A stretch of 64,000 nucleotides of DNA, from positions 64,001 to 128,000 of IMG/VR virus record IMGVR_UViG_3300043449_002688; one strand, 5' to 3'. This DNA is from a virus. The notes beneath the pieces were generated by a model, which worked only from the letters and a program-made list of their open reading frames with translations, was not told where the DNA came from and ran no database searches. How positions within the stretch are numbered: the stretch's first letter is position 1; each line of letters opens with the position of its first letter. The translations under genes and the position numbers were made by a program. Of this stretch, positions 46,622-57,031 are shown in pieces.

Positions 46622-49600
46622 TTTTATTTTTTTTTGAAGTAACAGTAATTCTTGGTAATTCTGCCGAAATTGGCAATCTTATATCAGTATTTGTAATATT
46701 TAATAAACTGTTAATTGTAATAGCAGGACCGCTTTTTTGAATTTCTACCGCTACCAATCCTGCAAATCTAGGATCATTCTTAAAGCTTTCGTTTATTGAA
46801 TCAGCTATAGATTGAGCTTTAACTTCTGAAGTATTTTGTCCAATAAGATCTGGAATACCAAAATTAGGATCTTGCAATAAAGAATTTGAATTAGTTTTAA
46901 GAATCATGGTTGCTGCTTGAACTATATTCGTTAATCCTGCTGCGTATTTTATATCTCCTCCGCCAGTAAGAATTAAATCACCTTCGCTATTTAACAAAAA
47001 ATCTATTTTTGCTATTTTTGCTAAATTGTTTAAATCTTTTAATTCTGGGGTTATTTTATAAATAGGCTCTTGATCGGGAGGAAGATTAGATGGCATTGCT
47101 ATTATCATGTCTGAATTAACAGTATGGGGCTGATAAATTCTTATATAAGCATTATCTGACGGTTTGTAAGAGGTTATTGGAGTAAAATTGCCCGCTTCAA
47201 AAGTTATAAAAGTTTGAGCAGTATTAATTATATCGATTGATTTAATTTTTCTTATGCTTATCGTAGAAGTATTTGACCCAATTTTAACTATTTGTCCTAC
47301 ATAAAGCTTTTCCCCAGAAGGTATAGAGATAGTATCTCCACTAAATGAGGCTAAAATTTTAACTTTTTTTCCTTCTTCATCTACGTATGGAGCTTTTAAT
47401 TGATTTAATGCTGCTATTTCAATCCATTTTTCAGGATCTCCCAAATATTGGGTAGCTAATTGCTCTAAAGTTGCATTATAAGGAAAAGGAACATAAATTT
47501 TTGAAGTATATTCGCCTGAAAAAGTTAAACCTTCATTAGTAGCAAGATCTTTGTAATATGTATAATAATCTTCTTTATATTCTGAATTAGCAGAATCCAT
47601 TAATTGAACAAAAGAATTTAATTGCATTATAATATTATTAAAATAGGAAAGCAGTTCAATGTCATTGGTTGATAATTTTTTCTTTACCAAAGGAGTTGAA
47701 ACTAGATTAACCCTGTTATAAGTTTTAGAAGCTCCACCCAATGCAGCAGAAATATAAGCGGCAAAGTTAGATGATTGTTTGATTAGGTTAATAAGATCTT
47801 CAGTTGTTTTATCTTTTGCGGCCTCAATTGCTTTAGTTATAGAAGCTCTTTGCTCGTCCGTAAGAGGCAATTCATCTATATTAATTTCTTCTAATAACGC
47901 TGCATTTGCAGTGGGGTCATCAAATATTTTTGATAAAGGGTCTGCTGTTTCCTGCTCTTTGCTTTCTTTTGGCACATTAGTAGGCTTATTTGATTCCTCG
48001 GCTTCCGCAGATTGATTTGCGCTAGCTTGTGCATTAGCTTCGTCGGTTTTTCCATTATCACTTGGAATACTTTCCCCAGTTTTAGTTTTAGCTTTGGGTA
48101 TTTTTACTGTAAATAATATAGGATTTGTAATTTTTTCTTTTAATCCACTATTGTAATATCCTTTAATTCTTAAATAATAAACACCGTTATCTTCTAATTG
48201 ATTGTCGGGGATTTCACTTTCGTTTATATTTTCCCAACCATTAATAGTTCCTTTATAAGTTGCAAAAAAACCAGTTGTTGTTTTTTTTCTCCAGTAGCTA
48301 TTAAATTGAATATTTTTTGAAATTTCAACATAAAAAAAATTAAAAGCACCTATTGCAGACCATTTAAAAGTTGGAGTTAAGCTTTCAACAATACTATTAG
48401 GAATAGTTATACTTACTGAATTTGTTTTATCCGCTTCAAGTTCTGCAATAGTTTCTGTACTGTAGCTAAGTCTAGTTCCTATAGGCTTAGCTTTAGGGTT
48501 ATTTTTAACATACTTATCCAATATTGAAGAATTTTGATTTATATATTTGCCAATTGGATCTGAAAGATCTTTAATAATACTTTCTTTAAAATCTCCTACA
48601 GAAAGTGCTACACCGGCTATATCTTTCATAAGAAGTAAAACTTCGCCTATAGGATTAATAAAAGTTTGCTTAATATCAGATCTTATTCCAGAAAGAATTT
48701 GTAATGAAGAAGATATTGCTCTACGGGCTTGGCTTATTCCAGCGATAATATTAGAAAGCTTATTTTTGTCAGTTGTAACAGACGATAAACGAGGTTTTAC
48801 AAAAATATCTCCTGTTAATGGCGCTCGTCTCCAAGCTGTCAATTCAATACTATAGTTGTATTCTAAAGATCCTGCTACTTTTTGAATAGAATAGCTGTTT
48901 AATGTACAATAATATTTTTCACGATCTTTTTTCATCCAAAAAGTTAAACGCCATTTATTGTTTTTGCTTTCTTTTTTTGCCGATATGTAAAAATCAAGAA
49001 ATCTTTTTAGATCATGAACAGTTGCAAATCCTGTTGATTTTAAAACTTCAGCATTTGCAGTAAACTTTCTAGTTAAAGGAGAGTTATAAAGATTTTGTTG
49101 TGGTCCCCCCTCCTCAAAAGCTGCAAACTTTTTAAATTGATTTACGGTATTCCCAGCAGCTTTTATAGTATTTTTAAAAGCATATTCTAAAATTGGAAAA
49201 TCAGAACTATTAGTGCTAGAAGAGCTTTTTAAAATCGGCCAAACCCCTGTAGTTCCGCTAATGCTAATTTTTCTTAAAGGAGCACCATTATGTGTTTCTA
49301 CAATACCTTTCATGGTAACTTCTGTTAAAGTTGCGGTAGGGGTTTGAATGCTGATTGCTGATGGATTTATAGGAAATGTATAAATTGCTGGAATCTTTTC
49401 TATTTGAACAGTAGAGCCGTTTTGTTCAATCTGAAAACCATAACCATAGTCTGCATTAAAATCGTTTAAATCTAATTTAGCATAATTAAAAAAGTATGCT
49501 GCGTCAGAAAATCCATTATAATTAGGTCCAGTAACTATGCCAGTAAATGAATCTTCAAGAGGATTTTTTCCATATATAATGCCGTCTTTTTTGCTGATTG

Positions 49601-49652
49601 CATTTGCGCCAGTCGGAATTTGTGGTGGTATTCTTGAAATATCGATTGCCAT
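46617..49652 (-). CDS. baseplate protein: tube-initiator-like N-terminus, LysM-like domain, gp25-like C-terminus
   Basis: FPINPSAISI...ISISGTTG; TLEQLATQYLGDPEKWIEIAALNQL; GDL.....GLTNIVQA......L.QDPNFG....DPRF. Confidence 0.7.
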   Translation of the reverse strand: MAIDISRIPPQIPTGANAISKKDGIIYGKNPLEDSFTGIVTGPNYNGFSDAAYFFNYAKLDLNDFNADYGYGFQIEQNGSTVQIEKIPAIYTFPINPSAISIQTPTATLTEVTMKGIVETHNGAPLRKISISGTTGVWPILKSSSSTNSSDFPILEYAFKNTIKAAGNTVNQFKKFAAFEEGGPQQNLYNSPLTRKFTANAEVLKSTGFATVHDLKRFLDFYISAKKESKNNKWRLTFWMKKDREKYYCTLNSYSIQKVAGSLEYNYSIELTAWRRAPLTGDIFVKPRLSSVTTDKNKLSNIIAGISQARRAISSSLQILSGIRSDIKQTFINPIGEVLLLMKDIAGVALSVGDFKESIIKDLSDPIGKYINQNSSILDKYVKNNPKAKPIGTRLSYSTETIAELEADKTNSVSITIPNSIVESLTPTFKWSAIGAFNFFYVEISKNIQFNSYWRKKTTTGFFATYKGTINGWENINESEIPDNQLEDNGVYYLRIKGYYNSGLKEKITNPILFTVKIPKAKTKTGESIPSDNGKTDEANAQASANQSAEAEESNKPTNVPKESKEQETADPLSKIFDDPTANAALLEEINIDELPLTDEQRASITKAIEAAKDKTTEDLINLIKQSSNFAAYISAALGGASKTYNRVNLVSTPLVKKKLSTNDIELLSYFNNIIMQLNSFVQLMDSANSEYKEDYYTYYKDLATNEGLTFSGEYTSKIYVPFPYNATLEQLATQYLGDPEKWIEIAALNQLKAPYVDEEGKKVKILASFSGDTISIPSGEKLYVGQIVKIGSNTSTISIRKIKSIDIINTAQTFITFEAGNFTPITSYKPSDNAYIRIYQPHTVNSDMIIAMPSNLPPDQEPIYKITPELKDLNNLAKIAKIDFLLNSEGDLILTGGGDIKYAAGLTNIVQAATMILKTNSNSLLQDPNFGIPDLIGQNTSEVKAQSIADSINESFKNDPRFAGLVAVEIQKSGPAITINSLLNITNTDIRLPISAELPRITVTSKKNKT

Positions 49653-49705
49653 AATAATCTAAATCCTACAAACCCTTAAATACTTTAATTAATTGTTTAA
49701 TTCAT

Positions 49706-49718
49706 AAGATTAGGGTTA
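49706..49718 (-). promoter_or_regulatory. putative late promoter motif
   Basis: TAACCCTAATCTT overlapping the upstream gene's TAA. Confidence 0.7.
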
Positions 49719-50273
49719 TACTGGGATAAGGCATTTGCATAAATCAAAAACTGCCTCCCCTAAAGCTAAAGAAAGCGAATTCATGGCTGCGGCTGGCAAT
49801 CCCAAGCTTGCTCCAGCGCTTATAATAATACCTTTTATAGATCCTAAACTGGGTAATTTAGGAGAAAGGCCAATTATTGAATTGATTATTTCTGTAAATA
49901 TTTTAAAAGGTATCATTGCAAAAAGTTCCAACATTTTCGGTATAGCAACTGGATTAAAATTTAAAATATTAGGAGTATTTAATGGACCAATTTTACCTAG
50001 ACTTACAGGGCCAACTGCTAAATTAGGAATAATCGCTGGAATTGCTAAAGTAGAAAGAAATGGTTTTAAAAACAAATCAAAGCTTGGTAAAGATGGTAGG
50101 TTTTCTGGGTTTGGAGGTAAAAAACTTAGAACGTAGCTAGCTCCAGCAGAAATAGACATAAAAAGACCGGCACATAAACTTGGTAATCCTGGTTCAGATA
50201 TTGAAGGAAAGGTAAAAGTAGGATTCATTTTTACTGTTATTTTGGAAACAAAACCATCTAAAGTACAATTCAT
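49716..50273 (-). CDS. Pro-rich hydrophobic protein downstream of the spike gene
   Basis: Packed directly after the spike gene in the baseplate operon. Confidence 0.55.
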   Translation of the reverse strand: MNCTLDGFVSKITVKMNPTFTFPSISEPGLPSLCAGLFMSISAGASYVLSFLPPNPENLPSLPSFDLFLKPFLSTLAIPAIIPNLAVGPVSLGKIGPLNTPNILNFNPVAIPKMLELFAMIPFKIFTEIINSIIGLSPKLPSLGSIKGIIISAGASLGLPAAAMNSLSLALGEAVFDLCKCLIPV

Positions 50274-50275
50274 AT

Positions 50276-51016
50276 TTACTCCGTTTTAACTTTTTTGCTC
50301 AAAGCAGAATTTGGCATTGGTGTCATCGGTGGAGACGTAGGTGCTCCTAGATTACCAATGTGTGTATGGCTATCAAAAATAGCCTTAAAGCTTTCTCCTT
50401 TAACTAAAGATTCTGCCGCTGCTTTTCCTAATTTAATGGAAGATCCTTCTATATTTGTATTACCTTTTGCAGTTATATTACAATTGCCATTGATTGTAAT
50501 ATTTGTATCGCCGCTAACATTTACTGTCCATTTATTTGCATTTATTGTTATACTCTTAGCTTCTTTATCTAAAACTATGTTATCTCCCGTAGAGTCATCT
50601 ATTACTATCTTATTAGTATTAACTTGAAAATTTGGCCCAGAATCCGATTTTACAGAATAATTAAAATTTTTATCAATACCAAATTCTACTTTGTTAAATC
50701 TAGTTAAAAGATATTTTCCTTTACTAGAATCTTGAGATTTAGGGTAAAATCTTCCTCCTCCCATAATTACGCCCATGTTTGGGTCTCCTTTTGGGAAAAG
50801 CACGAATACATTTGTATTAACTGATAGAATTGCATCGGTATAATCATCTGCAGTAGCAAATTCATCTATACGGATTGCTCTGCAAGGCATTTGAGCATAG
50901 CTATCTCCAGTTATTAAAACTTCATATTCAGTTTGGTATTTAGTTCGGTTATTAACATGATTTATTGGAAAAACTTTGGTTATTTTACCAAAATAAAATT
51001 CATTCATTCTTACCAT
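50276..51016 (-). CDS. baseplate central spike (gpV/gp5-like)
   Basis: OB-fold-like N-terminus, beta-helix repeats (VNVSGDTNITINGNCNITAKGN), apical HTH motif FDSHTH.GNLG.PTSPP. Confidence 0.85.
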   Translation of the reverse strand: MVRMNEFYFGKITKVFPINHVNNRTKYQTEYEVLITGDSYAQMPCRAIRIDEFATADDYTDAILSVNTNVFVLFPKGDPNMGVIMGGGRFYPKSQDSSKGKYLLTRFNKVEFGIDKNFNYSVKSDSGPNFQVNTNKIVIDDSTGDNIVLDKEAKSITINANKWTVNVSGDTNITINGNCNITAKGNTNIEGSSIKLGKAAAESLVKGESFKAIFDSHTHIGNLGAPTSPPMTPMPNSALSKKVKTE

Positions 51017-51028
51017 AAGTTATTCCTT

Positions 51029-53131
51029 TTACTTTTTCTTATCGGTATTTGGGATTTTTTCACCAAAATCATCTCTATCTTTGGCTTCCCCAGTATTTTG
51101 AACGTCTGTTCTACCTTTTAGGTCATAAATTGCATTTACAGAATCTGTAAATTGGCCAAAATTTCTTGGATATTGAGGTTGATCGTTTGGAGATTTTAAT
51201 GACCTTGCTAATATACCATTTTCTACTTCTAAAGTGGTAATAAAACTTTTTATTCCATTAGCATTTAAAGACGCTTGATGGTTGACTCCAGTAATATGAA
51301 AAACGATACCATTAAATTCAATATTATCACCTTCGCATATAGGTTCTTGAATCCCCATTAAAGTTATTGTTCCAGAAGGTTTTAAGTGACCATTAAATAG
51401 CCAATCAGCTCTCATTCTTGCAAAAACATTAGAAAGTGAACCAGTTTCACCAATTCTTATGTCATAAAGAGTTTCTTTAACATCAGCTCTTAATCCGCTT
51501 CTAGCTATATCTGATTCATCAGCAACAAAATTTTTATTAAAATATTGGGCTTGTTTAAACGTTTCTTGGTCCCAAATTTGTCCTACTGAATATTCTACAG
51601 ATGAAGCTCTTCCCCAAACTTGCACAAAATTTACTCGCCTATTTTCGTCTAATACAAAACTAAAAGATATAATTTTTTCGTCAGGTACAGTCCATCTAGG
51701 TAAATTACAATAAAAAGCTCTTTGCTTTAAAGGCAATCCAGCCCTAACTTCTTCTTCTTGCAATTGTTGTTTTTTTTCTGATTGTTCAATTAATTTTTTA
51801 TTTTTTTCTCGGTTTTCATCTAATTTTTTCTTTAAGGCATCAACATCTGGGCTTTTTTCTGTTCCTTTTGGCAAAGACTTAAGCGAAAAGGTAGTGGCTT
51901 TTCCATCTAATTTGTTATACATTCCAGTTCCAAAAGGCTTTTCTCTAACTATTAATGTAGGAACAATTTCATTAAATTTATTAACTCGTAAACAAGTGTA
52001 CATTTCATTTACGACATCATTCAAAAATGAAGACATAATTTGCCATAAACTTCTGTTGTCCCAAATTGGTGGAATTTGCAAAGGAACAGAGCCTTTTGTA
52101 GAAAAAGGCGTTTTAAAAAAAACACTTGTTCTTCCTAAATTTGCAGAATCTGAATCTAAATTAGGAAAAAGAGACCGATGAAGCTCTTTATTTGTTTGGT
52201 AGGTTTGTAAACCAAGAATTACATTGTACATTTGCCACAGCTTGGTTTTATTTGGTCTTTTTAATATTTTAGCTACTTCTTTTGGAACTCCTATTGCATC
52301 GCTGAAGCTGCCGCTTAATCCTTGGATAACATTCACTACAGAATCTTCTTTATCTACTCCCATTATCAAAATAAACATTAAAGCTATCATTTCTTCTGGA
52401 GCGACTGCACCAGAACTTTTTGCTATACCTAAAAATTTATCAGCTATATTAGTCATAGCCTTTTCCATTCCATTTTTACCTTCTTGCTTAGAGTCAATTC
52501 CTAAAGATCTTAAATTTTGCTGGGTTAAAGCTTGAGAGCCTTCAGCTTTATTATCCGGATTTCCTCCAGTCATTAGTTCTTGTGCAATATAAGTATAATA
52601 AACGGAATTAGCCATTTCTAAGAAAGCTTGACAAGAAACGTTTTGAGTTATGCTTATAACGCCATTTGATTGAACAGAAATAGCACTTCCTAATCCAATT
52701 ACTCTACCAACAAATTTTAACCCAGAGTTATAATGATTTGCAGACAACTTTTCATCATTTCTAACACTTTTGGCTAAAGTATAAACAATGTTCATTATAT
52801 CGACCGATTCTTGCCTTGAATTAACCATCCAAACAAAAACCCAATCGCCAGGAGAAACAGCATTTTGATACCAAACCTCTCCAGTTCTCATGGTTAGATT
52901 ACAAGTTTTCGCAAAAGAAGATTTTTTATTGCTTATTGTAAGATTTATGCAATCGTTTTCTACGACCAAAAGTTTTTCAGTTGTTTTAAAAGCTTCACTG
53001 CTTTTACCAGAATACATAGCGCAAGGTTCTTCGAATCTTACAAAACAAACAATCCAATGCGGATTACGATTTACAACAGAAATCTCTCTATCTGAATTTT
53101 CTGAAGGTATGTTAATTTCTGGTCCGTTCAT
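51029..53131 (-). CDS. baseplate hub protein (gp27/gpD-like)
   Basis: Between tape measure and spike; PGDWVFVW, GTIT..GI.E.I..GDNI.....FHI.GV.H......F.TTL.V. Confidence 0.7.
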   Translation of the reverse strand: MNGPEINIPSENSDREISVVNRNPHWIVCFVRFEEPCAMYSGKSSEAFKTTEKLLVVENDCINLTISNKKSSFAKTCNLTMRTGEVWYQNAVSPGDWVFVWMVNSRQESVDIMNIVYTLAKSVRNDEKLSANHYNSGLKFVGRVIGLGSAISVQSNGVISITQNVSCQAFLEMANSVYYTYIAQELMTGGNPDNKAEGSQALTQQNLRSLGIDSKQEGKNGMEKAMTNIADKFLGIAKSSGAVAPEEMIALMFILIMGVDKEDSVVNVIQGLSGSFSDAIGVPKEVAKILKRPNKTKLWQMYNVILGLQTYQTNKELHRSLFPNLDSDSANLGRTSVFFKTPFSTKGSVPLQIPPIWDNRSLWQIMSSFLNDVVNEMYTCLRVNKFNEIVPTLIVREKPFGTGMYNKLDGKATTFSLKSLPKGTEKSPDVDALKKKLDENREKNKKLIEQSEKKQQLQEEEVRAGLPLKQRAFYCNLPRWTVPDEKIISFSFVLDENRRVNFVQVWGRASSVEYSVGQIWDQETFKQAQYFNKNFVADESDIARSGLRADVKETLYDIRIGETGSLSNVFARMRADWLFNGHLKPSGTITLMGIQEPICEGDNIEFNGIVFHITGVNHQASLNANGIKSFITTLEVENGILARSLKSPNDQPQYPRNFGQFTDSVNAIYDLKGRTDVQNTGEAKDRDDFGEKIPNTDKKK

Positions 53132-53139
53132 TTTATGCC

Positions 53140-55557
53140 TTATTGTTTTTTGCCTGTTGAATTATTTGTCGTATTATCTTGTGGAGGGTTAAGAACAGGG
53201 CTAACAGTAGTAGGAGAGACATTGGGGAAAAAAGTATTTTGTAAAGCATTTTGTACGCCTTCAATAAGACCTGTGCTTTTTTTAGAATTAAATAAAAAGC
53301 CACCTGCAGAAGCGATTTGGTCGCTCATATTTCTAAATCCATCTACAGTTGCCTGCCTAATAATATTTGCAACAGAAGCTCCTTGTTCATTTGCTAATTT
53401 TTGCATGACAGCTTCTATATCTGCCGAAATCTGCGCTCTAAGGCCAGATTTTTCATCTTCTACCGAGATACCACCTTGAACTTTCGTGGTATCTATTTTA
53501 GTTTCTTTTTGACTCATAAACTCTTGATAAGCTTTATCTGCTGTCATATTACCAAGAAATACATCTGCGGCCAATTTTTTATTTCTCGTTAGTAACCAAG
53601 TTTTTGGGTCTAATTTAGCTTTTTTAAGTTGCTCCCAAGCTTCTGATCCTTCTTTGATTCCTGTAGTTTCGCCGATTGCTTGATTTTCAGCTTGAGTTGC
53701 TTCATCTAAAATAGCATCTACATCAACTCCTTCTGCTACCATTTCTTTAATACTGTTTCTTACATCTTTATTATTTAATCCTTGCTCAATTAATGCGGTT
53801 TGAACAAAAGGACTAGTTATACCCATTTTTGATAAAGCCATTTTTAATAAAGTATTAGTTATACCGCCAGATCTTGTTTGTCTTTCTCTAAATACGTTTG
53901 AAAGGTCTACGGCAGTTGTTGCTGCTACTTGTGAAGGAAGATTTGCTCCAATTGCAGATGCTATATTTGCTGCTCCAGCTCCGGTATAAGAAACGCTTGT
54001 TTGACCAAATCCTTGTTGTAAGGCTAATTGAGAAGCGTAATCAGCTAAAATTTGTCTTCCTGGCATTGATTCTTGTGAAGAAAATCCTGCTCTTGCAGCT
54101 AAATCCTTATAACTTTCTATTGCAAAATATTCACCAGCTTTTCCGCCTCCCAAAGCGGCAGCAGTTCTTGCTAATTGAGATTTAGCTGCTTCAGAAGACA
54201 TACCGTATCTTTCAGAAAAAACCCCAAATGTAGCGTCTCGCATTTCTCTTATTCCATATTGCCCAAGCCTATTCCTCATATCAGCCAAATCTGACATATC
54301 TGCAACTTTTTGCTGCATTAAGTTTGCAGTATTAATGTGAGTCTGATCTATGCCAAACATTCTTTGCAAATTACCATGCAATGAACTTTCTTGATCTAAA
54401 TTTCTTCCAGCTTGACCTAAAGTAATATCATAAAGTTGTTTATCTTTTTCAGCTAATTGTGAAATTCTTTTAGCATAAGCTTCTTGTTGACTGATGGGCT
54501 TAGCAGACATATATCCATATGTGCCTCCAACAGCCACACCAGCCGCAATAAGAGGTAAAGCTACTCCGCCAGTAGCTACTGTAGCTAATCCAGCTACCCC
54601 TAGTTTAGCAAGAAGTGCGGCAGTTCCTACTACTCCTGCTACACTTGCTCCACCTAATAAACCGCTTATTGTTGCTTGAAATCCTCTACTGCTCAATGTG
54701 CTTTCTGCTCTATCTGCCATTAATCCAGAAGGAGAAGATGCCTCTCTTGCTTCTACGCCCAAACCAGCTCTTCTTAAAATTGCATTTGTGTAATCTCCTT
54801 GAATTGCTGCAGCAGTATATTGTTGTACAGCTCTTTGAGCCAATAACTGATTGGCTGGCTGGAGAGATCTTTCGTAAGATTCCATTCCATAATAAGCTCC
54901 AGGAAGTTGTATGCCTGTTTTGAGAGCAGAAGCTGTGGAAGCCATTAAAGCCCCAGCTAGGCCAAATCCTGCAACATTTGTCATAGCACCTAATTGAGCA
55001 CCAGGACCACCAAATTTACTTAGAAAATTAATAGCATTTTGGTTAAAAAAAGGTGATTGTTGCCAAATTTGATTTTGAGCTTTTACTAAATCAACTGTAG
55101 CTGCAATATTTTGAGATTTTAATTTATTAAGATTGTTGGCCCAAACGGTTTGGTTTGCAATGTCTTCTTTTGTTAAAGAATCTTTTCTTCTGTTTTCAAA
55201 TTCGCCTAATTTTTTTTGAAGCTGATCTATCTGAGTTTCATTAGTTTTAATAAAAGATTCTAAATCTTTAGACTTATCTTTATAAGCGTCTAGAATTTTC
55301 ATTCTAGTCTCGCTTGTAGCCTTATAAGCTTTAGTCGAAATATCGTCAAAAAGTTTAGATACGCCGCCTAAACCTGATTGCTGTTTTGCTAAATATTGAA
55401 GGGAGGTTTCAAAATCTTTTAAAGAGCGGTTTAACGCATCAAATGCTGTTCCACCAGATTCACCAAGTCCTTTTGTTTTAGCCTCTATTTTAGATAGAAC
55501 TTCAAGGAGCTTTTCTCCTCCTTCTATCTTGGCTTCAAAAGTTAACTTACTGTTCAT
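53140..55557 (-). CDS. tape measure protein
   Basis: Helical, Ala/Gly-rich with hydrophobic TM-like segment; follows tail chaperones, precedes hub. Confidence 0.75.
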   Translation of the reverse strand: MNSKLTFEAKIEGGEKLLEVLSKIEAKTKGLGESGGTAFDALNRSLKDFETSLQYLAKQQSGLGGVSKLFDDISTKAYKATSETRMKILDAYKDKSKDLESFIKTNETQIDQLQKKLGEFENRRKDSLTKEDIANQTVWANNLNKLKSQNIAATVDLVKAQNQIWQQSPFFNQNAINFLSKFGGPGAQLGAMTNVAGFGLAGALMASTASALKTGIQLPGAYYGMESYERSLQPANQLLAQRAVQQYTAAAIQGDYTNAILRRAGLGVEAREASSPSGLMADRAESTLSSRGFQATISGLLGGASVAGVVGTAALLAKLGVAGLATVATGGVALPLIAAGVAVGGTYGYMSAKPISQQEAYAKRISQLAEKDKQLYDITLGQAGRNLDQESSLHGNLQRMFGIDQTHINTANLMQQKVADMSDLADMRNRLGQYGIREMRDATFGVFSERYGMSSEAAKSQLARTAAALGGGKAGEYFAIESYKDLAARAGFSSQESMPGRQILADYASQLALQQGFGQTSVSYTGAGAANIASAIGANLPSQVAATTAVDLSNVFRERQTRSGGITNTLLKMALSKMGITSPFVQTALIEQGLNNKDVRNSIKEMVAEGVDVDAILDEATQAENQAIGETTGIKEGSEAWEQLKKAKLDPKTWLLTRNKKLAADVFLGNMTADKAYQEFMSQKETKIDTTKVQGGISVEDEKSGLRAQISADIEAVMQKLANEQGASVANIIRQATVDGFRNMSDQIASAGGFLFNSKKSTGLIEGVQNALQNTFFPNVSPTTVSPVLNPPQDNTTNNSTGKKQ

Positions 55558-55559
55558 CT

Positions 55560-56057
55560 TTAATCCTCATCAAAAGTCGGAGGCGGATCGTCAAACTCTA
55601 CAAATTCTTTATCTTTTGCATTATCTGTTTTATTAAGATTAGGCTCTTGATTGTTTTTTAAGTTAGCGTTTTTATTTTCTTTTTCTTCAAATTGCTTGTT
55701 AAGCTTTTCTATTTCTTTTTCATACCATTCATCATCTTCTTTTTCTCGTTGAGATTTTTCCATTTCAGCTTCTAATGGATTGGTTTTAAATCTAACCAAA
55801 GACTCTATTTCCTCTTGGATAGCCTTTTGAGCATTTTCTTCTGAAGAATTGATTAATTTATAAAAAACATCATCATAATATGTCTTTAAGACTACTTCAG
55901 GTGGCATTTCTTCTACTTGAAGTAATGGTGTATAAAAATTACGAGAATACCATCTACAAATATTTGAATACCAAGATTTAAAGCCGTTTTCAACGGCTTC
56001 ATTTAGGCTTAAAGTTTTAATATTACTAATGTTTTCAAAATTAAATAGTTTACTCAT
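55560..56057 (-). CDS. tail assembly chaperone, second ORF (gpT-like)
   Basis: ICRWYSRNFYTPL.QVEEMP motif; directly upstream of tape measure; ATG 56057 overlaps previous stop. Confidence 0.6.
   Translation of the reverse strand: MSKLFNFENISNIKTLSLNEAVENGFKSWYSNICRWYSRNFYTPLLQVEEMPPEVVLKTYYDDVFYKLINSSEENAQKAIQEEIESLVRFKTNPLEAEMEKSQREKEDDEWYEKEIEKLNKQFEEKENKNANLKNNQEPNLNKTDNAKDKEFVEFDDPPPTFDED
55635..55643 (-). promoter_or_regulatory. putative internal late promoter motif for the tape measure operon
   Basis: CCTAATCTT about 78 nt upstream of ATG 55557, inside the preceding gene. Confidence 0.5.
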
Positions 56058-56442
56058 TTTTTGAAACTTTTTTAGCAAGCGTTTTAACGGCTTTGTCAGC
56101 TTCTTCTTTTAAAGACTGAGATCTTTCTTGTTCTTTTTGCATAGTTAATTCAAATACTTCTGCGATTACATTAGTATCTTCAAGATCTAATCCGTTATCA
56201 GAATCTGTCCAAAATTTAGGAGCTTCCAAGATTCTTACATAAAGCTGCCCAAAAAGATAAGCTTCCCCCTGTACGGTGGGAGTTGCTGCCTGTGCGTTTG
56301 CTCCGAGAATCATTCGGCGGCGTTCATCTGCTGTAAAATAATCTCTGCGAGAAATGACTGTTTTTACCAAAAATTTTCCAGTATAAACTCGACCTGTATT
56401 TTCGCCAACCGTATTGATAGTAAAAGTAGCTGTGGTTTCCAT
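56050..56442 (-). CDS. tail assembly chaperone (gpG-like)
   Basis: G..TG..YTGKF.VK...L.V.I.EAP.FW pattern; position before tape measure; AGGAG RBS. Confidence 0.65.
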   Translation of the reverse strand: METTATFTINTVGENTGRVYTGKFLVKTVISRRDYFTADERRRMILGANAQAATPTVQGEAYLFGQLYVRILEAPKFWTDSDNGLDLEDTNVIAEVFELTMQKEQERSQSLKEEADKAVKTLAKKVSKNE

Positions 56443-56524
56443 TATATTCTCCTAAAAGTAAATTAAAATGGCAAAAATACCATTTTGATACTTATTTTAA
56501 CACTATTTTTTTTGGATTACAAGC

Positions 56525-56533
56525 AAGATTAGG
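56525..56533 (-). promoter_or_regulatory. putative late promoter motif
   Basis: CCTAATCTT upstream of the chaperone gene. Confidence 0.6.
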
Positions 56534-56593
56534 CTTGTTTTTAAAAAAATATAATGCTAAAATAAAGCGTAACTCATTAATAAAAGGCAAATT

Positions 56594-57031
56594 ATGCAAG
56601 AAAATCAAACATATCATGTTCTTGGTTTAACTTCCAGAGAACAAGTCGCTTTAAGGGCGCTTCTTTTTAATTCTTTTGCAGGTTGGATAGATAAAACCAT
56701 TAGAGAAGTGGTTGATTCTACTGAAGAAAATGCTCAAAATAAAGCTTCTTATACTTATAAATTATTTTGTAAATATAACGACATTATTGATTTGTTAATT
56801 AGCGAAGATTCTTTAGGAAAGGCTAAGCCTACTTTTTTGCTTATTACAGCAGATACAATGAAACTTTTAAATATTGCAATACGAGCATTTGATGAAAAGA
56901 ACAACTTAATGGGTCCTAAAAAAACTCAGCAAGTTAAGCTCTGCTTTATGGATTTATCTAAAAAAATTTTGCAATCCTCACAATATCTATACACAAAAGC
57001 TGAAATAGATTTGGTTAAACGAGAAAAATAA
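56594..57031 (+). CDS. hypothetical protein
   Basis: TAATG coupling to the exonuclease gene. Confidence 0.6.
   Translation: MQENQTYHVLGLTSREQVALRALLFNSFAGWIDKTIREVVDSTEENAQNKASYTYKLFCKYNDIIDLLISEDSLGKAKPTFLLITADTMKLLNIAIRAFDEKNNLMGPKKTQQVKLCFMDLSKKILQSSQYLYTKAEIDLVKREK

Noticed and set aside
49735-50136. 133-aa plus-strand ORF
   Set aside because: Antisense to the minus-strand gene that fits the operon packing
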